Below, in pieces: positions 21,861 to 38,394 of a stretch of 64,000 nt of DNA (position 1 is its first letter; each line of letters starts with the position of its first letter). Made by a program: the position numbers and the translations under genes. The notes beneath the pieces were generated by a model. That model was not told the origin of the DNA and did not search any database. It was given only the letters and a program-made list of their open reading frames with translations. The stretch lies in assembly GCA_950097015.1 (NCBI GenBank), contig CATNEN010000038.1, forward strand, positions 2,914,001 to 2,978,000, read 5' to 3'. This stretch comes from Macrostomum hystrix (lineage: Eukaryota > Animalia > Platyhelminthes).

Positions 21861-23922
21861 TGTGAAATGCACAAGCTAATTAAAGCTAAGGAGTATTATT
21901 TACAGAATGGGATGCTAATCAGGGAATTCTAAGCAGGAAATGAACAAAGAGTAAACAGCGCATCCGTGAATTAAGCATAATGCTTCAAGGCCATGCAGAC
22001 TTCGAAAACTGCTAGAAGGCAACGCGTGCGCCAGTTGCGCAGTCGTTGAAAAAGGCGCATGTGATGGCATTCGCTAGCAAAAGGAGGGAATCGAAGAGCA
22101 AAAAAAATATTTATCTTTGAAGCAAAAAGCTGGGTGTTGCAAGTCGCAATACTTGCGCTTGCACTGCAGCTTTTTTAAGCCTGCCTGCAATGCGGAAGAA
22201 TTTAAACAAAAGCGTCACGCGCCAACCGAAATGGCCGACCATTTGCGATCTAAAAGATCGTGTAAAAGCTGCTCACCTAAGTGCTCGCTCTCATGAATTG
22301 ACAACGCCGTGATGGCAGCTTGGGCAAAAATACTGCAAATATGTCATATTTAAAAGTACATGTAAGATAAATAAAGTGCGTCTACAGAGCTACACGTTGC
22401 AGAGGATTTACATCGTGCACATGTTACTATTGTACAAAGTGTTTCATACATGACACTGCATGTAATTAAATGGATATTATACTATTACTATAGTATGGGC
22501 TATGCCTGCATCAAATCAGTAAACATTTGATATCCTATATACATTGTGCCTGCTTCCTGCAATCTGATTGTTACATACAATGATCCAATGATACAGTCGT
22601 TCTAAAACACTGTAATATATATAGTACTGTACATTATGACATGAACTATTGTCAGAGGGCATATTCTTTTGTTGGTTTTCGCAAAAGCTTTGATTCTCTA
22701 TCAGCAGGACCACTCTGACTTCTAGACTTTGTCAGCGCCGTGATTAAGTGTTTTGCGACAGCCTGACGGATTACTGGCTGCTGTTCAGACTGTACGAGTT
22801 CTGAAAAGTACATTTATTTTTTCCTATATTTTCTGTACTATATTATGTTCGCAAATCTTTTTTCTTCTTTCAAGTGGCATATAAACACACCTGCAGTTGA
22901 TTCAAGTGTGAATTAACAAGGAAAATTGTCGGCCTGTCTGTATTCGATAGCTCGTAATTTGGTTCAATAATGGCATACTTATGAAATCCATATTAACTAT
23001 AGCGGAAAGTCACAGCATCTAATATTACATGTTATGAATACAAGACTCGAGATCCATGTTTTCAGTTTATTGTCTATATATTTTTCGGGATTTCTTAGTT
23101 AAAAATTAAGTATACCTGTTGATATAGAATCCCATTAAATAAATAATGGGATTGGGATGCTTGGCGCTCGTGCATTAGGGCATTACGCTCGTACAAACGC
23201 GAAATGAGATCGTTATAGCGCGGTCCCTACGTACACCATCTTGATCACGCCGCTGTGCTCTCCACTACTTCCTCGGCGCACACCGCGAGGATGATGGCTA
23301 CATGATTTCAAGGCAAAGCAGCAGCTTTCAGCTTTCGCCATTTGCAGCCTGCATGCTTTCGTCATGCAAACGCAGCTGGTCCACAGGTTTATATTCGCAG
23401 ACGACATCGCCCAGTGTTCGGCGACACAGAAGGCAGCCCTGTGTCGCCGAACGCAGTCTCATCAGACGTGGAAGACGACAGAGTCGGCTTAACTCGTCTT
23501 AACAACAGCCGCTGTTAAGACTGTATTCTTCAGTGGTCCTTGGGCCATATTGTTCAAGATTGCGCTACGGTTTACGCAATGTAGTATCTACGACCTTTAA
23601 ATAAAAGAAAAACATTAAAAAGCTATGTTAAAAATTATCAAATTACTCAAAAGCGCACTTTTCCCTTATGGGTGTTTTTGCTATTTGTTTTTCTGTTCTA
23701 AAGAGTAATGCGAAAATTTAACGAACATCTATACAACGAATTTTTATAAAATTAAATTGGTCTGTGTCTAAACCTTGAAAGTGTACCTTATTTACTTCAC
23801 TGTGTTAGATTCATTTATTCTTAAATTGTTTAGGGGAAGTCTTAATACTTTATCTAGTTTAGACGAACTAAATAGTTATATTTTCCAATCCATAGTCCTC
23901 CTGCTTCGCTACCACTAACAGT

Positions 23923-27534
<3,612 letters not shown>

Positions 27535-27869
27535 GATTAGGAGAAGCCAAGGCAATGCTTGGATCATTTTGGTGTGATTTCTTCAATGCTAAAAGTAAAG
27601 CAATAGAACAAGACTCAAATATTTTTCTAGGCGTGTTTGTTTGTCTATTGAAAAATTATTTTCCTATTAAAGAATTAGCTAATTAAAATAAGATAGACAA
27701 CTTTATGTCCTGGCCCCAAGTTTGCTACATGTGTCTGGTCTGCTTCCTATTCATTTTTTATGAAACATGTTAGCGACCAAGTGTTATTTGGATTTGGGCT
27801 AAAACATGTATATGCTGGGTGAGATTTTTCAACTGTCGTTCCTTGTCCACAATGAGAATTCGAAACTAG

Positions 27870-28385
27870 AATTCTGTGTTTAGGGCGAGATTCTGAAAGT
27901 GTCCATTCTGTGTTTAGGGTGAGATTCTGAAAGTGTCTATTCTGTGTCCAGAGTGAGATTCTGAAAGTGTCCATTCTGTGTCCAGGGTGAGATTCTGAAA
28001 GTGTCCATTCTGTGTCCAGGGTGAGATTCTGAAAGTGTCCATTCTGTATCCAGGGTGAGATTCTGAAAGTGTCCATTCTGTGTCCAGGGTGAGATTCTGA
28101 AAGTGTCCATTCTGTATCCAGGGTGAGATTCTGAAAGTGTCCATTCTGTATCTAGGGTGAGATTCTGAAAGTGTCCATTCTGTGTCCAGGGTGAGATTCT
28201 GTAACAAGTGTCCATTCTGTATCCAGGGTGAGATTCTGTAAAAAGTGTCCATTCTGTATCCAGGGTGAGATTCTGTAACAAGTGTCCATTCTGTATCCAG
28301 GGTGAGATTCTGTAACAAGTGTCCATTCTGTATCCAGGGTGAGATTCTGTAACAAGTGTCCATTCTGTATCCAGGGTGAGATTCT
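27870..28385. repeat. 34-37-bp minisatellite GGGTGAGATTCTGAAAGTGTCCATTCTGTRTCCA
   Basis: Direct inspection. Confidence 0.92.
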
Positions 28386-29310
28386 CGAACGGACGGTTGG
28401 ATAAAGGCGAAGTTTTTATTGTTATCAAAGATATCGTAGTGGGTGAATGTCATGAGCTAGCCTTACTTTAGATACAATAAATTTCATCCGTTATATCTTA
28501 AATATTGTCGCTTTACTCATTTTCTGACAGTAACGCCCTCACTGTCTACTTGTTATTAGCGTGTTTCGTGTTTCAGTCCAGCCGTGTGCCACTGTTGAGC
28601 CGGATTTTGTAAGGCCGTTTATCTCTAGACTGGTGTAACGTGGCACGGATTATCTAATATTTCTACTTGCAGTAGTTTAAACAGGTTGCGCCTAAAGATC
28701 AACGAGAAGGCCCACTCCAACCGGCGGTGCCAAGAGTCGGTGCGTCATTTCACGGCCCGCTGTCTGATTTGCTTATTTTTTTAGTAATCATTTTCTACGT
28801 TAATTATCGCTTTATTTCTGTTGATTCCGGGTCACACATTGAGCTCAAACTGACTCAAGCGACAAGCTTGAGGGGAACAGAATCCCAGTGAAAATTGATT
28901 TGCCTAATCACTTAACCTGCGCGCATTGTGACTCAGTGCAATATTTGAAATTCTACTGCTAGTATATTCTATGCCTAATTAACTAATTCATCTGGTATCC
29001 GTGCTTATCTGTTTAGTTCATTATTTACACTCGATTCGCGTGGTCTGTTATAGTTCTGCTTTTCTTTCTTTATTATAGGCCCACCCAAAGCTGCATCACG
29101 CTGATCTTGTGGCAATGATTTTTTTCACCACAGAATCTGTGTCGCAGCCGTGTCTATTTAATTGAATCTGATTGTCAACCTGCTAATCTATTTGTGCGCA
29201 TGAGACCCAATTATAGATCGCTATTGATAACTTACTGTCGAACTGTTTTTGGTAGCAATCGTTCAATTTGTTTCTGTTGTCTCGTTTATTTGGTTTCAGC
29301 CTTGGAATAT

Positions 29311-29920
29311 TTTCGGAATCTGTTCGGTGGACAGTTTCGGGATCTGTTCGGTGGACAGTTTCGGGATCTGTTCGGTGGACAGTTTCAGGATCTGTTCGGT
29401 GGACAGTTTCAGGATCTGTTCAGTGGACAGTTTCAGGATCTGTTCGGTGGACAGTTTCACGATCTGTTCGGTGGACAGTTTCAGGATCTGTTCGGTGGAC
29501 AGTTTCACGATCTGTTCGGTGGACAGTTTCAGGATCTGTTCGGTGGACAGTTTCGGGATCTGTTCGGTGGACAGTTTCAGGATCTGTTCAGTGGACAGTT
29601 TCAGGATCTGTTCGGTGGACAGTTTCGGGATCTGTTCGGTGGACAGTTTCGGGATCTGTTCGGTGGACAGTTTCAGGATCTGTTCAGTGGACAGTTTCAG
29701 GATCTGTTCGGTGGACAGTTTCGGGATCTGTTCGGTGGACAGTTTCAGTATCTGTTCGGTGGACAGTTTCAGGATCTGTTCGGAAGACAGTTTCAGGATC
29801 TGTTCGGAAGACAGTTTCAGGATCTGTTCGGTGGACAGTTTCAGGATCTGTTCGGAAGACAGTTTCAGGATCTGTTCGGAAGACAGTTTCAGGATCTGTT
29901 CGGAAGACAGTTTCGGGACC
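29311..29920. repeat. 24-bp minisatellite TTTCAGGATCTGTTCGGTGGACAG
   Basis: Direct inspection, about 25 units. Confidence 0.93.
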
Positions 29921-30354
29921 TGTTTTCTTTGGCACACGTTTTTTAGTTTGAAGAGTACTTTAGTGACGTCAATGCTTGTAGCCGGGTAACCTAATAGCCC
30001 AATTCAGATTCGGAGTAGTTCTTGAAGTGTTTTATTAACTGGCTGCTGGGAAAATCGCGCTACAAGAACTTGCCTACATTATGCCAAGATTCGAGTTTTG
30101 GAAATGACAGCTTACAACACAATATCCGCATCTCTATCAGCTGGAGTGAAACTGCTGACTTACTTTTCTTTTGCGCTTCACTTCACTCCTTTCCGTTGTC
30201 TGAGTGTTGGAACTTTCTATTAGATCATTTATTCCCTGTCTGCTTTGCGTGATTGTTCTCTTCTCCCCTTCCCTTCTCTCCTCTCTTCTTCTCGTGTTCT
30301 CTTTTCTACTCTCCCTTCCTCTCCTATTCTCTCTTCTTTTATCTCCACTTATAC

Positions 30355-30684
30355 GATAATAATAATAATTGCAGCAGGGCGGCGGGCACCAGCGAGGAGG
30401 CAATTCTGCCCATTTCGCTGACTCCTGAGCACACACGCACACAGATACTGTACACAGGCACACGCTCACACAGGTGTGTACATCTGCCCTGAATTTCTCA
30501 TCGTCAGGCAGTGTACACTCTCACTGTGCCTTGGAGGTTGGCCCTCAGGGGCGTAAATTGCACGACAAGCCCCCAGGCCTTCTCTCCTCTGCTGCGCCTA
30601 AAATGAATGTGGCCTCGCCGCGGAATCTACCTCTGGGACCTTGGTGCGAGAGGCAAACGCGTTAAACGCTCTGCCACTAACCCC
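30355..30684 (-). mobile_element. tRNA-derived SINE copy
   Basis: Reverse complement of the 51192-51557 family, including the head (GGGGTTAGTGGCAGAGCG) and the (ATT)n tail. Confidence 0.85.
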
Positions 30685-31049
30685 TCTCATCTCCCCTTAT
30701 TTCTCCGCTTCTGAATTGTTTCAATCCTCAGTGTACAGTCAGTGTCAGTCACATTCGATGTAGGCACGCGTATGTCAGAATTATCAAACATTTCATCTGA
30801 GTATGAAATTATTTGATCGCCAAAACGCACTAACAGTGATTACGTAACCATCGACGGGCTGATGAGAGTCCTGTGTCAGCCGCGAGAGCCTGCAGATGAG
30901 GATGCAAATTAATCGTTGTCATTTACATATGAATGTTAGTAAATTTGGCCCTTCCAATTTTCTAGCTACAGATCAGAGCCATTCCATCGACATTGTCACC
31001 CACTTGAGATTGACACTATAAAGAATACAGTATTATAACGTTATATATT

Positions 31050-31460
31050 GGCGCTTTCAAATCACCGGTGGCGCTCCGAAATCACCGGTGGCGCTCTTGA
31101 AGCCCTCGGTGGCGCTCCTGAATCCCTCGGTGGCGCTCCAAAATCACCGGTGGCGCTCCAAAATCACCGGTGGCGCTCCAAAATCACCGGTGGCGCTCCA
31201 AAATCACCGGTGGCGCTCTTGAAGCCCTCTGTGGCGCTCCAAAATCACCGGTGGCGCTCCTGAATCCCTCGGTGGCGCTCCAAAATCACCGGTGGCGCTC
31301 CAAAATCACCGGTGGCGCTCCAAAATCACCGGTGGCGCTCCAAAATCACCGGTGGCGCTCCAAAATCACCGGTGGCGCTCCAAAATCACCAGTGGCGCTC
31401 CTGAATCACCGGTGGCGCTACCGTATCCCTCGGTTGCGGTCCAAAATCACCGGTGGCGCT
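31050..31460. repeat. 20-bp minisatellite AAATCACCGGTGGCGCTCCA
   Basis: Direct inspection; each unit contains the palindrome CACCGGTG. Confidence 0.92.
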
Positions 31461-32239
31461 CCCAAATTCGTGGCACCTTAATAAAACAAACTCACGCAAT
31501 CTAAAAGTCTGGCTCTGCCTCTGGACATGATGTCAGCTTAAAAATAGACTGATGGACACTTGTCTGTTCCCGTGTGAGCTTTATCATCGAATTGTTTTAC
31601 TTTGCAGTCGATCCATTAGCAATCTGAAGGCTACTGCGTGTTTGACGACTTCCCAGTTAACTTTCAATTTCTGGTGCCTGCTTTACAGTCTATGTTTGCG
31701 GAAGCAGACTTTGTCAAGAATTGAAGGGCATAAATTATTGCTGTAAAAGCAGATTTTGATTAAACGATCCCGGAGCGTTTGCCCTCGCCTCAGATTCTTC
31801 TGAAACGCGAAACAGAGAAGATAGCTTTGGATGTCAAGTTATCGTTCTGGCGGTCAGCGCTCATTGGCTGGAATCGTTGATTGGGACTGGGACCAAAAAG
31901 AGTTTTGGAGAGGAGATTGTGGATTGTAGAGCTATAAAGTTTGGGCGAAACTGTCTGCCGTGAAGTGTCACTAGAAGCAGGCACGAGTCGCTAAAGTAAA
32001 GCACTTTTTATAGCTATGAAAACATTTTTTTAAGTTCATAAACTACTGTTCAAAAGGCAATGGCGACTACGATTGAGAGGTAAATTAGCTATTTTATGAT
32101 TGTTTCTAAAGGTATATATTGGGGAGAAGCCGAATTAAATTTTAAAAGGGACGCCTTAAAAGAGAGGTTGAAACCTGTAAAAAAATAAAATAAATTATGA
32201 CTCAACGTCTCCACTGCACAATATCCGGTCTATAGTTGG

Positions 32240-35200
32240 ATGTTGAACATCTCCGCTATGGACGATGAAGCGCTGAAAGCTGGAGGACTCAACTCGACGA
32301 AGTTGGCGATAAATCAGGACGACTCGAACTGCGTGTGGCAGTCGAGCAAGTCGGAGCCCCTGGTGGTGACAGCCCTGGTCCTGATGGCCTCCGTTGGCAT
32401 CGGCGGCAACTGCTTTGGCATCGGCGTGATGACCCTTGGCGGACTACTGCGCCGATCACCGATCTTCAGCTTCTTCTTAGCGATCTCGCTGGCTGATCTG
32501 CTGTCGATCGGGAGTCTGGTGATGGAGATCTGCCTCACGATGGGGCTCACGTTCCCCACCTCCGCCATGCAGTGCAGGTCAGTTTAACAAACCGCTTTTC
32601 TGTTGGAAAATATCTTCTGAATTCATATTGTTGTACTATACACTCGTACCAAGGCCACTGGGTGGGCTTGGAGGTCAACCCCTGCTAATCAGTCAGCGTT
32701 TCGCTTAAAGTGAACCTGGGTGGAGCTGGGTGACGTCGTATGGGTGTGCCGTCTTATGGATGTGACGTCTTGACATCTTATGGATGTGACGTCGTATGGA
32801 TGTGACGTCGTATGGATGTGACGTCGTATGGATGTGACGTCGTATGGGTGTGACGTCGTATGGGTGTGACGTCTTGTGGGTGTGACGTCTTATGGATGTG
32901 ACCAAGTATGGGTGTGACGTCGTATGGGTGTGAAGTCTTATGAGTTGTGGCGTCTTACGAATGTGACGTCATGGATGTGATATGTGTTAGATGTGACCTA
33001 TTTATAGTTTCGTGATCGGAGGCTTTGTGAATTTGACATTTCTTGTGAATTTCTTCAGCCTTACCGTCAGGGACTAACTTCCCCACACGCCTTAAGCATA
33101 CATTTGGCGTTTCTAGCTTGGTGTGTATCATTTTCGACGATCATAACTCGCAAAATAATTAGATGATGGATGGATCAATTCTACTCGATTGTGGTTAATT
33201 GGCTGGGAAATTGTTCTTGTCGATACCCACAGACAGACGCAATTTTCTGATCTATTAATTACTTATACGTAATTACTCATAGGTAATTACTCGTACGCTA
33301 TTTGTTATAAACGGCATGCAGCCAGGGTCATTTGATATTTCAATTATCTCGAGACAGACTGCATCTTCCCTACTGACGCCCCGACTGAGCCTGTCGAATC
33401 GTCGATGTGCTAATCGCGCCTCCAATGCACTTATGTCTGGGGTTTATCTGCTGGCGTTTCCAGGAAAAGAAAAAGAGAACTGATTACCCGAACGCCGCCG
33501 CCGCTGCAGCCTCTCGTGGGCAGCCAGGACAGAAATACGTCGGAAAATGTTTCCCTTCACTACTTAGACATTGTGGTGTAAAGCAGAAAGCTGACGCGAT
33601 TGTTGATCAGCGAGAGCAGGTCAAGCAGGTCGCCCATTGGGGCTTAGACATTGCTGTCGAAAGCGGGTATGACGAAGCAAGGCTGCGAAATCACTCCCTG
33701 CGGCAGCTCCGTGAACAAAAATATTATAACAATGGCCAGCAGCATCATTGTGGTCCGCTGCTTCCGGCTGTCCTCCTCGGCTCCCGGTTGGAGGACTTGA
33801 CGCTGTTCAGTAGCTCCTTTCTTCGCCTGGCGGCCTTGGACATCTCCATAATAAGCAGAATGACTGACAGCATGATGCATGGAACAATATTGTACAGGAT
33901 GGCGATGGTCCAGTAGTTCGAGCGCAGCAGCGGCTGGCTCACCCACTCAGGTGTCGAGATAAAGTACACGGTGCGATCGCTAACGGGTGACTGGCAGGCG
34001 CGGGCCGCATTCACCAGGTAGTTGGGCATATTTTTTAGGCACAGCAGGCCGTAGGTGGCCGGGATGCTGATGAAGGCGTTGCGGCTGCTGGCCTGCTGAG
34101 CTCCGCGCGTTGGCAGCGCGATGTACATTTTGCGGAACACGGCCAGGGCCACTGTAAGCCAGCAGGCCACAGTGTGCAGCACCAGCACTAGTCTAATAGT
34201 GAGCAGCAAGTACACAATCCACCCGTAGGCAGTGTGTCCTCAGGTGACAGGATGATAAAGTGCAACACCTGGCCAGGGGGGTTTTAAATGGTAATTGGTC
34301 AGTTTTGTATGAAAACGAGTCCGTTTGGACAAAAAATGTAAGGCTTCTAAACACAACCCTGTTTCGACCATTTCATGTATAAAAAAACAAAAAATCTTTG
34401 TACAAAGAGCACGGGATCTTTGTTCTCAGTATCCCAATCACCAGGGTCTCCTTCATCACCGTCTGGAGCATCGGCGGCGACTGTCGGCACCTTAAAAAAG
34501 CAGCCATCTTTGAGATGCCGATCGGATGCTTTTTTGAAGGTCCCGGCGGTCGCCGCCGATGCTTCAGAGGCTCGATTGTGGAGCCGACATGGTTCCATGA
34601 TGACTATTCCACGAAAATCGTTGACTATCTCGACGATGCCGATGTTTTGCGATTCTGGAAGTGGTTTCATCGGATGGAGCGGAAAATGTAAGCCCGTGTT
34701 CTCGCGGTTTTCGTGGCAATTGGTTAAATATTTTTAGAGATTTAGAAAAATAAATATTTGGGTATTTGAAATGCTCTGTGGTCTTTCTACTGTTAATTGA
34801 ATATGACCTCGTAGCGTAATCGAGCTCAGGGACCTTGGCGCGTGGGAAAAACGTGTTAGACTGCTCAGCCCATAGACTCATATAGCAGTTTCCACACAGA
34901 CTTCCATTTCTGAGCACGCTACTGTAGCTACAACTTAAGTGCAGCTACTTAAGTGCTTATTCATTTCATCACAGCACCTTTAAAGCCTTGCGGAAGTTGT
35001 GGCAACTCTGGCCTTTTAAACTCTTCTTGCAATCATTTCCAGAAAGTACTAATATTCTTTGCTTTGAACTTCACGAAAGCGTTTATAGATACGGTCGGCA
35101 GTGCCTTTGCTTTGAGAACTTCACGAAAGCGTTTATAGATACGGTCGGCAGTGCCTAACACATACCATTTGAATAGATAGTTCAATTCCAAAGCCACAAC

Positions 35201-37341
35201 TATTAAGTATGGTCCGAAAAACCCATGCACTTTGAAAGCCCAAGTGCATACGAGTGTATTGTCGACATTTTACCTACCGCACTTATAGCTCGTATTTATG
35301 TCAAGAAAAGTGCACTGTGAATATCTTAGCAATCGCATGAATAGATGCGTAGAATTGTCTCTCGCTCCAGTCGTCTCGAACCGATCGAGACAAGGACAAA
35401 ACGCTGCCAAGAAAATCGCGGCTATCCGACCGCTGATCTATCCATCAGGCCCTGTACTGCGACGCATTCGCATCTGGCAGGTCAGGCACTGAAGCAGAAT
35501 TTTATCCTCTAAGTTCAGTTCGGTATCTAAAAGCTTAAAAACGTCTGTCAGAAATGGAGAAACTGTCTTAAAGTGCACACAAAAAACTTTTACCTTTCGT
35601 TCTGTGTGCATGCAGTCATGCAGTCTGTTCCAGGCGGTGGTCGAGACTGCCGCGCTGTACAGACCTCTGCGCTGAGTGATTCGCTCTAACAGCAAGTCCC
35701 ACGCGGCCTGCTCCGTAGCCTTCAACTGTAGAACTACCATAGGGGGTACCACGTGCTCCCCCCGGCCGGCAAGGAAGGACAGTTTTTTGGGTTGCACCCG
35801 AACGGAGCAACGCAAGCACACAGAACTCAAGATCACGGGCCAACTTTTTGTTGCGCATCTTCTGAAACAAGAATAAAGTCGCCAGCTCTTCAGACTATTG
35901 AGATATTGAATGTTTCTGGCCGAAGGTCGGATTTTTCCTATGCACGAATTAGCATTGCGCCTCAGTGCGGCCTTGCCAGGCCTTCAAAACTGATCAGCAT
36001 GTCACCCGAATGTGCCTGCATTATCTCCATCTTCGGTGGTCACCTACCTTTATCTAGACGGATTTGCTGGACCTTCAATGGCTAAAACAGGTGGAAATAG
36101 GCCACTATGGACACCCTGACGCGAATTTGTCCAATTTCACTGATCAAGCCAAAATAATAGGCGCAGCTCAACCACAGTACACCATCGTCTAGTCTGTCAG
36201 CCAATCATTCACCACCCAACGCAGTTTTTTCAGCGAAATGAGGAAATGAGGGTAATACCCCCCTTGGTATAAAAACGAGCGGCAAAATGGCTTGGTAGTC
36301 CTACTGTTAAGATCAGTGACGAGCGAGTGACTATAAGTTTGAAATTAAGTACACTCAGATTTTATTGTCAGAGTTTTTTACTTCAAAGCAGAATATTCCA
36401 AAATGGAGAACTTGCACCGATCCACTCTCTTTGTTCGCAGATTTCGCTACTTCCTGCCCACAATGGCCTTCTGTGTCTCGGCCAACCTGCTGGCAACGGT
36501 CAGCGTCGAGTGGCTCTGCATGCTTCGATCCACCGTGCGCCGAACTCGCCGCCGTATCCTGCTAGAAGTGGCCGCAGTTGTGACCGTCAGCGCAGCCATC
36601 AACTGTCACTCGGTGTTCACGGCTCGCCTGTTGAAAGCGACGGATCGGGGCGTGAACGGCACCGGGTGCCTCATAATGGGCATCTGCCAGCCTCTGACCG
36701 GAGCTCGCGGCGGCCGCTTCCTTCAGCTGTGGAACGCCAACGGTTGGCTGCTGTTCTCCATTCTGCCCCTAGTTGTCATGGCAACCGCTAGCGGCCTCCT
36801 AATCCGGGCCGTCAGTAGTCGGCTGCGTCAGTTAAACGTTGGCGAGGAACGCGAAGACGCCGGAGCCGTTTCGAGAAATGCCTGCGCTGCTCAAGTTGCA
36901 GCTCAGAACCGACGGCTGACTCGAACCTTGGTCAGCATCCTGCTGCTGTTCCTGCTGTTCAACCTGCCCTACTACCTGGTGACTGGCGGCTGGCTCATGC
37001 GACTGGCCAATAAGCTGTCGGGCACCTCGCCGTTGAACATCAAGGCCTGGGGCGCGGCCGGTCACGTGTGCCGATTCGCCAAGCTGGCCAATCACTGCCT
37101 GAGCTTCAGCGTCTACGCCTTCGGCTCCGCGTTTCGTCAGGCGGCGCCCGACCTCTGCTGCCGACGAGGTCGCGGCGGCAACGGCGCTGGCAGTCGACAA
37201 CGCCACAACGGCGGACGCAGTGCCGGTACGCAAGGCCGTAGCAGCGGGGTGACCGGAACCAGCGGCGGCTTCGGAGTCTCGAGGCGACGCGGCACCTACA
37301 GCAGCGCCGTTGCGGGCTCTGCCGCAGTCACCGAGCTCTGA
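32240..37341 (+). CDS. Rhodopsin-class (peptide-receptor-like) orphan GPCR, about 412 aa, two exons
   Basis: Exon 32240-32577 encodes TM1 VGIGGN and TM2 LAISLADL. It splices AG|gtcagt...ttcgcag|A in phase to exon 36441-37341, which encodes TM3 SVEWL, TM5 SILPLVVM, TM6 FLLFNLPYY and TM7 NHCLSFSVY. Confidence 0.82.
32728..32995. repeat. 16-bp minisatellite GACGTCGTATGGATGT
   Basis: Direct inspection. Confidence 0.85.
33431..34265 (-). pseudogene. Myosuppressin/DmsR (srw)-like GPCR pseudogene fragment, antisense in the GPCR intron
   Basis: LHTVACWLTVALAVFR (TM3), IVPCIML (TM5), RTTMMLLAIVIIFLFTELPQG (TM6), GDLLDLLSLINNRVSFLLYTTMS (TM7). Frameshift near 33790, in-frame TAA at 33644-33646, TAG-TGA after MSK, 5' part absent. 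Confidence 0.85.
35815..35940 (-). repeat. Dispersed repeat fragment, inverted homologue of 51590-51710
   Basis: AACTCAAGATCACGGGCCAACTTTTTGTTGCGCATCTTCTGAAAC...GTCGGATTTTT is the near reverse complement of 51590-51710. Confidence 0.75.
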
Positions 37342-37362
37342 CGCTGAGGACCTCTAGACACA

Positions 37363-37567
37363 GGACCACTTGAATTAGGACCACTTGAATTAGGACCACT
37401 TGAATAAAGACCACTAAAATTAAGACCATTAGAATTGGGACCACTTGAGTTAGGACCACTTGAAATAGGACCACTTGAAGTAGGACCACTTGAATTAGGA
37501 CCACTTGAATTAGGACCACTTGAATAAGGACCACTAAAATTAAGACCATTAGAATTAAGACCACTAG
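37363..37567. repeat. 15-bp minisatellite GGACCACTTGAATTA
   Basis: Direct inspection; directly after the GPCR stop codon. Confidence 0.9.
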
Positions 37568-38394
37568 AGTTAATGGTCCAAAGTGTTGTACTCGAGATCT
37601 GTGCGATGTTCTTTGGAGGCCAACTTTGCTCTGAAACTCATCGCGTGCTCAAATACCTGCAATGAAGTGCTCACAGTGCTCAGAATAGAAAAGTGTAAAA
37701 AAACCCTATTCTAGCTGTCCCCTAATTGTGCTCCGATTAATTAAGCGAAATCGGCCTTCAAAAAATAGCCCAGAGATCGCAAGTGGAACAACTTTCTACT
37801 TCCAAATGTGGTCCCTGGATCTGGCCTTCTCAAATTTCCGTGTCCGGTGAGTTAAAAGATCAATTTTATGCAGGGCACGCTTTCGCAAGCAGAAGATTTA
37901 GAAGATCTTGTTCTTTCGGCAGTGTCTCGCGATAAGTTACTGTTTGTAGTTTAACTGAGCTTTTAGTTACTTCTGAGTGAAGGGTCAGAAGTTCGAATCC
38001 CAATTACTATACTTAAGAAATAACTCAATTCCCTACCGCTCTAGGATTGGAAATTGCCTACTGGAGAGACCCAGCTGGCCCAGATGTAATGCCTATTTTA
38101 TCCATTCTATCAAGTTCAACATGAATTAGCAAGGACCTGACTATCGAATCATTCCAAGTCGCGTTCAATATGACTTCCGAAGATCGGACTCATAATGATA
38201 TTCTTATCGGCTGACTAAGCGCATTGTGGCCTGGGCAAAGCTTAGCTGTAATTATGCTTGCATTGGCCTGCCTGGGTCCGAGATTTCTCTGCACTTTTAG
38301 CTCGTATCAATCGAACCAACAGTTCCAGCTTCGCGATATCAAATACTGATATATGTTCGATTGTCGCTATCACTACTCATAGTAATAGGGTTTG

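Noticed and set aside
21015-21932. 305-aa HQTTPDHTRP repeat ORF and similar ORFs at 29194, 38392, 40110, 43112, 45808 and 49657
   Set aside because: Translations of minisatellites, open in several frames on both strands.
23489-23548. Minus-strand MAQGPLK... start resembling a small conserved protein divergent from Rab11
   Set aside because: It stops after 19 codons with no convincing splice continuation.
27870-28385. CRISPR-like periodicity of 34-37-bp repeats
   Set aside because: Units are head-to-tail with no unique spacers, there are no cas genes, and the context is eukaryotic.
34273-36267. A single 2-kb DNA transposon bounded by CCAGGGGGG / CCCCCCTTGG
   Set aside because: The TIR match is short and imperfect, no TSD was found and no transposase motif was recognised. 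Only the internal dispersed-repeat fragment is supported.
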